From a virus: 64,000 nt of DNA. Position numbers and translations under genes: made by a program. Positions 60,452 to 64,000 of this stretch are shown piece by piece (position 1 is the stretch's first letter; each line of letters starts with the position of its first letter). A model generated the notes under the pieces. That model saw nothing but the letters and a program-made list of their open reading frames with translations, did no database searches and was not told the origin of the DNA. The stretch covers positions 2,332 to 66,331 of IMG/VR virus record IMGVR_UViG_3300029305_003036, one strand, 5' to 3'.

Positions 60452-61885
60452 ATGGCTAAAAAGATAATTTTGTATAATACACGAATTGAAATACATGACT
60501 ATAATATCGGAGATTGTGAAGAACTTGAAAATAGTTTAAGTGTATGGAATTCAGTTTATTTTAGAATGGAACCGAGGGGATTACAATACGATGAAGATAA
60601 AAAAGTATTAACAGTTCCAAGGGGAATAGATGTAAATTTCTTAGTGAGTAAATTAAAATGTCCCGTTCATACAGATAGAAATTATAATGAATACGATAAA
60701 GTTAATCTTAAATTAAAAATGGAACCGAGGGATGATATACAAATTAAGTCATTAGCATTTTTAACAGGTGAAGGTAAGTTTAAATATACACAGGAATATT
60801 CACAATTATCTTTAAACTTGGATACAGGTGATGGGAAAACATATTGCGTTATAGCGTCGTTATGTCTTCATAAATCTAAAGCTATAATAATAACACATAC
60901 GGAAAATATAAAAGAACAGTGGAAGAAATCATTAATTAAATTTACAAATATAGATCCAAGAAGAATTTGTGATATAACAGGAACGAAGAAAATGGATGAT
61001 ATGTTTCATGAAAGTTCTAAAGGGTATGATATGTATCTAGTTAACCATGGTACAATTCAGTCATATGCTAAGAAATACGGCTGGGATAAACTAAATAGAT
61101 TCTTTGAAGAAATTAAAGTTGGTATTAAAGTTTATGATGAAGCGCATTTGCACTTTAAGTCGATAATAAATATAGATTTAAATACAAACGTGTATAAAAC
61201 ATTTTATTTAACTGCAACATTTGAAAGAACTGATATAGGAGAAGATAGAGTATTTAGATTATGTTTTAAAAATATTGCTAAATATGGATATGAAACTAGA
61301 GGAGAAAAAAGAAAACATATCAAATACGTCGCAGTGTTATTTAACAGTAAACCTAATATGGAAGATCAGATGTCAATAAAAACTAAAATGGGATTTAACA
61401 GACACGCATATATGGATTATCAATTAAATAAAGGTATGATATTTGAAGTAGTTAAATATGTAATGGATACATTTGGTAAATTAGATGGGAAAGCTTTAGT
61501 ATTGAGTTCTAAGATAGAAAGTGCAGATATTCTTAAAGATAAAATAGTTGAATGGTATCCTGATAAAGTAACTGGTATATATCATTCAAAAGTTTCTAAA
61601 GCTGATAAAGAAGGAGTTAAAACGTGGGATATAATAAGTTCAACTCCACAAAGTTGTGGTACAGGATTTGATGTACCAGGATTAAGATACAACATAATGC
61701 TTGAGCCTTATAATGCCACAATAACAGCAAATCAAGTATGTGGTAGATTAAGAGAAATACCTGAGCAATATACGTATCATATAGAATTGATAGATATAGG
61801 ATTTCCTAAAGTAAAAGATATGTATAAGAAAAGATTAAAAGTATTTAAAGAAAAATGTTATAGTGTAAGTGAGGTTGATTATTAA
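60452..61885 (+). CDS. Superfamily 2 (DEAH, UvsW-like) helicase
   Basis: LDTGDGKT; YDEAH; LTAT; GTGFDVPGL; QVCGRLR. Confidence 0.88.
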   Translation: MAKKIILYNTRIEIHDYNIGDCEELENSLSVWNSVYFRMEPRGLQYDEDKKVLTVPRGIDVNFLVSKLKCPVHTDRNYNEYDKVNLKLKMEPRDDIQIKSLAFLTGEGKFKYTQEYSQLSLNLDTGDGKTYCVIASLCLHKSKAIIITHTENIKEQWKKSLIKFTNIDPRRICDITGTKKMDDMFHESSKGYDMYLVNHGTIQSYAKKYGWDKLNRFFEEIKVGIKVYDEAHLHFKSIINIDLNTNVYKTFYLTATFERTDIGEDRVFRLCFKNIAKYGYETRGEKRKHIKYVAVLFNSKPNMEDQMSIKTKMGFNRHAYMDYQLNKGMIFEVVKYVMDTFGKLDGKALVLSSKIESADILKDKIVEWYPDKVTGIYHSKVSKADKEGVKTWDIISSTPQSCGTGFDVPGLRYNIMLEPYNATITANQVCGRLREIPEQYTYHIELIDIGFPKVKDMYKKRLKVFKEKCYSVSEVDY

Positions 61886-61965
61886 TGAGAAAGAAAGATT
61901 GGATTGAAATTTTAGAACTTTTATTTATAGTAACAGCTTTATTTATAATATGTATAAGGAGTTGA
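61885..61965 (+). CDS. 26-aa hydrophobic peptide (not in ORF track)
   Basis: TAATG coupling to the helicase; MRKKDWIEILELLFIVTALFIICIRS. Confidence 0.4.
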   Translation: MRKKDWIEILELLFIVTALFIICIRS

Positions 61966-61969
61966 TTAT

Positions 61970-62218
61970 ATGTTTGGAAAAGAGTTTAAAGTCGTTAAAG
62001 AATTTAAACCTATATTTAAAAAAATAGGTGATTATGAAGAATTTTATGCGTATGAAAAAGATGGTGAACTGGAATATGGTATTTTAGATCCTACGTTCGG
62101 TCAACCATCTCCTGCTAATTGGGATAAATCTTCTTATGCTAAATTGATGAGAAGTATTGCTTCAGATTATTTACAAAAAATGATAGATGAAGGGAAAATT
62201 GAATTACTAGAAGATTAA
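61970..62218 (+). CDS. Hypothetical protein
   Basis: AAGGAG RBS. Confidence 0.6.
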   Translation: MFGKEFKVVKEFKPIFKKIGDYEEFYAYEKDGELEYGILDPTFGQPSPANWDKSSYAKLMRSIASDYLQKMIDEGKIELLED

Positions 62219-62249
62219 TTCTTCTAGTAATTTTTAGGAGGTATTAATA

Positions 62250-62699
62250 ATGAATAAATGTTTTAATTTTTTAAAAAGTCCAACTAGAAAACCGACTGAT
62301 AATTTATTTTTTCTATCCGAAACTAATATGGATGGACAGATTTTAACACCAAGAATTCCAAGGAATTTTTTTACAGATAACGGATTTGAGGATAATAAAA
62401 CAAGAAGAGTTTGTTTTGCTCCGAGTATTGATAAATGTTTATTAGGTTTATCAATGAATTGTAAGAACAAAGAATATTTCGTACATGTTCCGATAGGCTC
62501 ATTCACAGTTATATATCCAACAAAAATTGATGTTCCTGATATTGAAATTACAGGAGAGATATGGGTTTGTGATCCTGTTAAAATTGAATGTGTTGGAAAA
62601 ATAAGAGTTGACGATAGAAATGGATTAGTTTATAAATATACTTATGGTGATAATATAAATGATGTGTTATTTGGTTGGAACTGGCATTATATAGTATAA
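62250..62699 (+). CDS. Putative ADP-ribosyltransferase-fold phage protein
   Basis: LTPRIP..ED..RVCFAPSIDKCL..VPD..TGEIW pattern. Confidence 0.4.
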   Translation: MNKCFNFLKSPTRKPTDNLFFLSETNMDGQILTPRIPRNFFTDNGFEDNKTRRVCFAPSIDKCLLGLSMNCKNKEYFVHVPIGSFTVIYPTKIDVPDIEITGEIWVCDPVKIECVGKIRVDDRNGLVYKYTYGDNINDVLFGWNWHYIV

Positions 62700-62755
62700 T
62701 TGGTATTTTATTTTTATAATGACAATATATTAATAAATTTTTAGGAGGTAAGATA

Positions 62756-64000
62756 ATGGATGATATTAAAAAAAGTATAATTAATTTAGTTAATGATGAT
62801 AATTATATACCTATGACAATGACTGAAATATGTTTAAAATTAGGTTTAGAAAATTCACATAGTATTATGAAAATAATGGATGAATTAATTGAAGATTTAT
62901 ATATCATAGTAACTAAAAAGAATAGAATAATATCACCAAATCAAGCAGGAATGTTTGTTGGGAAATTTATTTCCCATAGAAAAGGATTCGGATTCGTTGA
63001 ATCTGATAAAGAAGATGAGAGAGATTTATATATACCTTCAAAAGATGTTGGTGATGCAATGCATGGGGATAGAGTTCTTGCTGAAATAGTAAAAGAACAA
63101 TCGGGTTATAAAAGAGCAGAAGGTAAAGTGGTTAGAGTAATTAAAAGGACAGTAACTCAAATAGTCGGAACATTCAAACCACATGAACATTTTGCCTTTG
63201 TAGTTCCAAGAGAAAAATCGTTAAGAACCGATGTTTATATACAAGAAAAATATTTCAATGGAGCGATGGAAGATGATGTCGTTGTAGTTGAAATATTACA
63301 ATGGGCTAAGGATGATAAAAAACCTGAAGGTAAGATAATAGAAGTATTAGGGAACAAATATAATAGAGGAATGGAAATTGAATCCATTATAAGAGAACAT
63401 GGATTACCTTTAGAGTTTGAACAAAAAGTTTTAGATAATGCTAATCATGTAGCAGTTCCTATACCTGAAGAAGAATATGAAAGAAGAAGAGATTTAAGAG
63501 ATAAACATATATTCACAATGGATGGAGCTGATGCAAAAGATTTAGATGATGCTATACAAGTTGAAATGTTAGATAATGGTAACTATTTATTAGGAGTTCA
63601 TATAGCAGATGTTACACATTATGTTAAAGAAAAGTCTAACTTAGATAAAGAGGCTTTAAAAAGAGCAACATCTGTTTATCTTGTGGATAAAGTAATTCCT
63701 ATGTTACCTAAACAATTATCAAATGGTGTTTGTAGTTTAAATCCTGATGAAGATAAATTAACTTTATCTGTATTTATGGAAATAACTGAAAAAGGAGAAG
63801 TTGTTAATTCTAGTATAGAAGAAACTGTAATCAAATCTAAAGCTAGAATGGTATATACAGACGTATCTGATATATTAGAAAATAACGATAGAGGATTAAA
63901 GATTAAATATGCTGATTTAGTAGATGATTTTAGATTAGCAGAAAAACTTGCTAGAATTCTTATGAAGAAAAGAGAGAAGAGAGGCGCTCTGGATTTTAAC
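62756..64000 (+). CDS. rnr: Ribonuclease R (3'-partial; not in ORF track)
   Basis: AGGAGG RBS; HRKGFGFV, AMHGDRV, FTMDGADAKDLDDA, GVHIADVTHYV, RATSVYL, LSNGVCSLNP. Confidence 0.92.
   Translation, partial: MDDIKKSIINLVNDDNYIPMTMTEICLKLGLENSHSIMKIMDELIEDLYIIVTKKNRIISPNQAGMFVGKFISHRKGFGFVESDKEDERDLYIPSKDVGDAMHGDRVLAEIVKEQSGYKRAEGKVVRVIKRTVTQIVGTFKPHEHFAFVVPREKSLRTDVYIQEKYFNGAMEDDVVVVEILQWAKDDKKPEGKIIEVLGNKYNRGMEIESIIREHGLPLEFEQKVLDNANHVAVPIPEEEYERRRDLRDKHIFTMDGADAKDLDDAIQVEMLDNGNYLLGVHIADVTHYVKEKSNLDKEALKRATSVYLVDKVIPMLPKQLSNGVCSLNPDEDKLTLSVFMEITEKGEVVNSSIEETVIKSKARMVYTDVSDILENNDRGLKIKYADLVDDFRLAEKLARILMKKREKRGALDFN

Noticed and set aside
1-64000. tRNA or rRNA genes
   Set aside because: No cloverleaf with a T-loop consensus or rRNA-like sequence seen in the intergenic gaps by eye; tRNAscan was not run

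Overview
This AT-rich window comes from a phiKZ/AR9(PBS1)-like jumbo phage. The host is inferred to be an anaerobic Firmicute (SH3b domains, AGGAGG RBSs, class II and III ribonucleotide reductases, RNase R). It encodes two split multisubunit RNA polymerase subunits (virion-type beta, non-virion-type beta'), an SF2 helicase, RusA, a 5'-3' exonuclease, probable baseplate and tail genes, and a 4315-aa tape-measure-like protein with five wall-hydrolase domains. It also carries a family of internal head proteins, nrdJ interrupted by a group I intron with an HNH endonuclease, nrdD/nrdG, an M18 aminopeptidase and RNase R. Two promoter classes can be read directly: early TGTAAAAAGGT..TTTCAAT..TATATTATA and late AACA-N6-TA, the latter matching the uracil-dependent AR9 late promoter. 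The best candidates for something new are (1) a ~170-nt structured non-coding element present twice about 51 kb apart, with compensatory changes, tandem G.A pairs, alternative folds and an embedded late-promoter duplex; (2) a stand-alone small RNA upstream of the virion RNAP gene; (3) an apparent protease-processed virion polyprotein and an N-terminal NIYD capsid-addressing tag; and (4) three homopolymer frameshifts that may be recoding, phase variation or assembly error. All calls come from motif recognition by eye; no searches were run.
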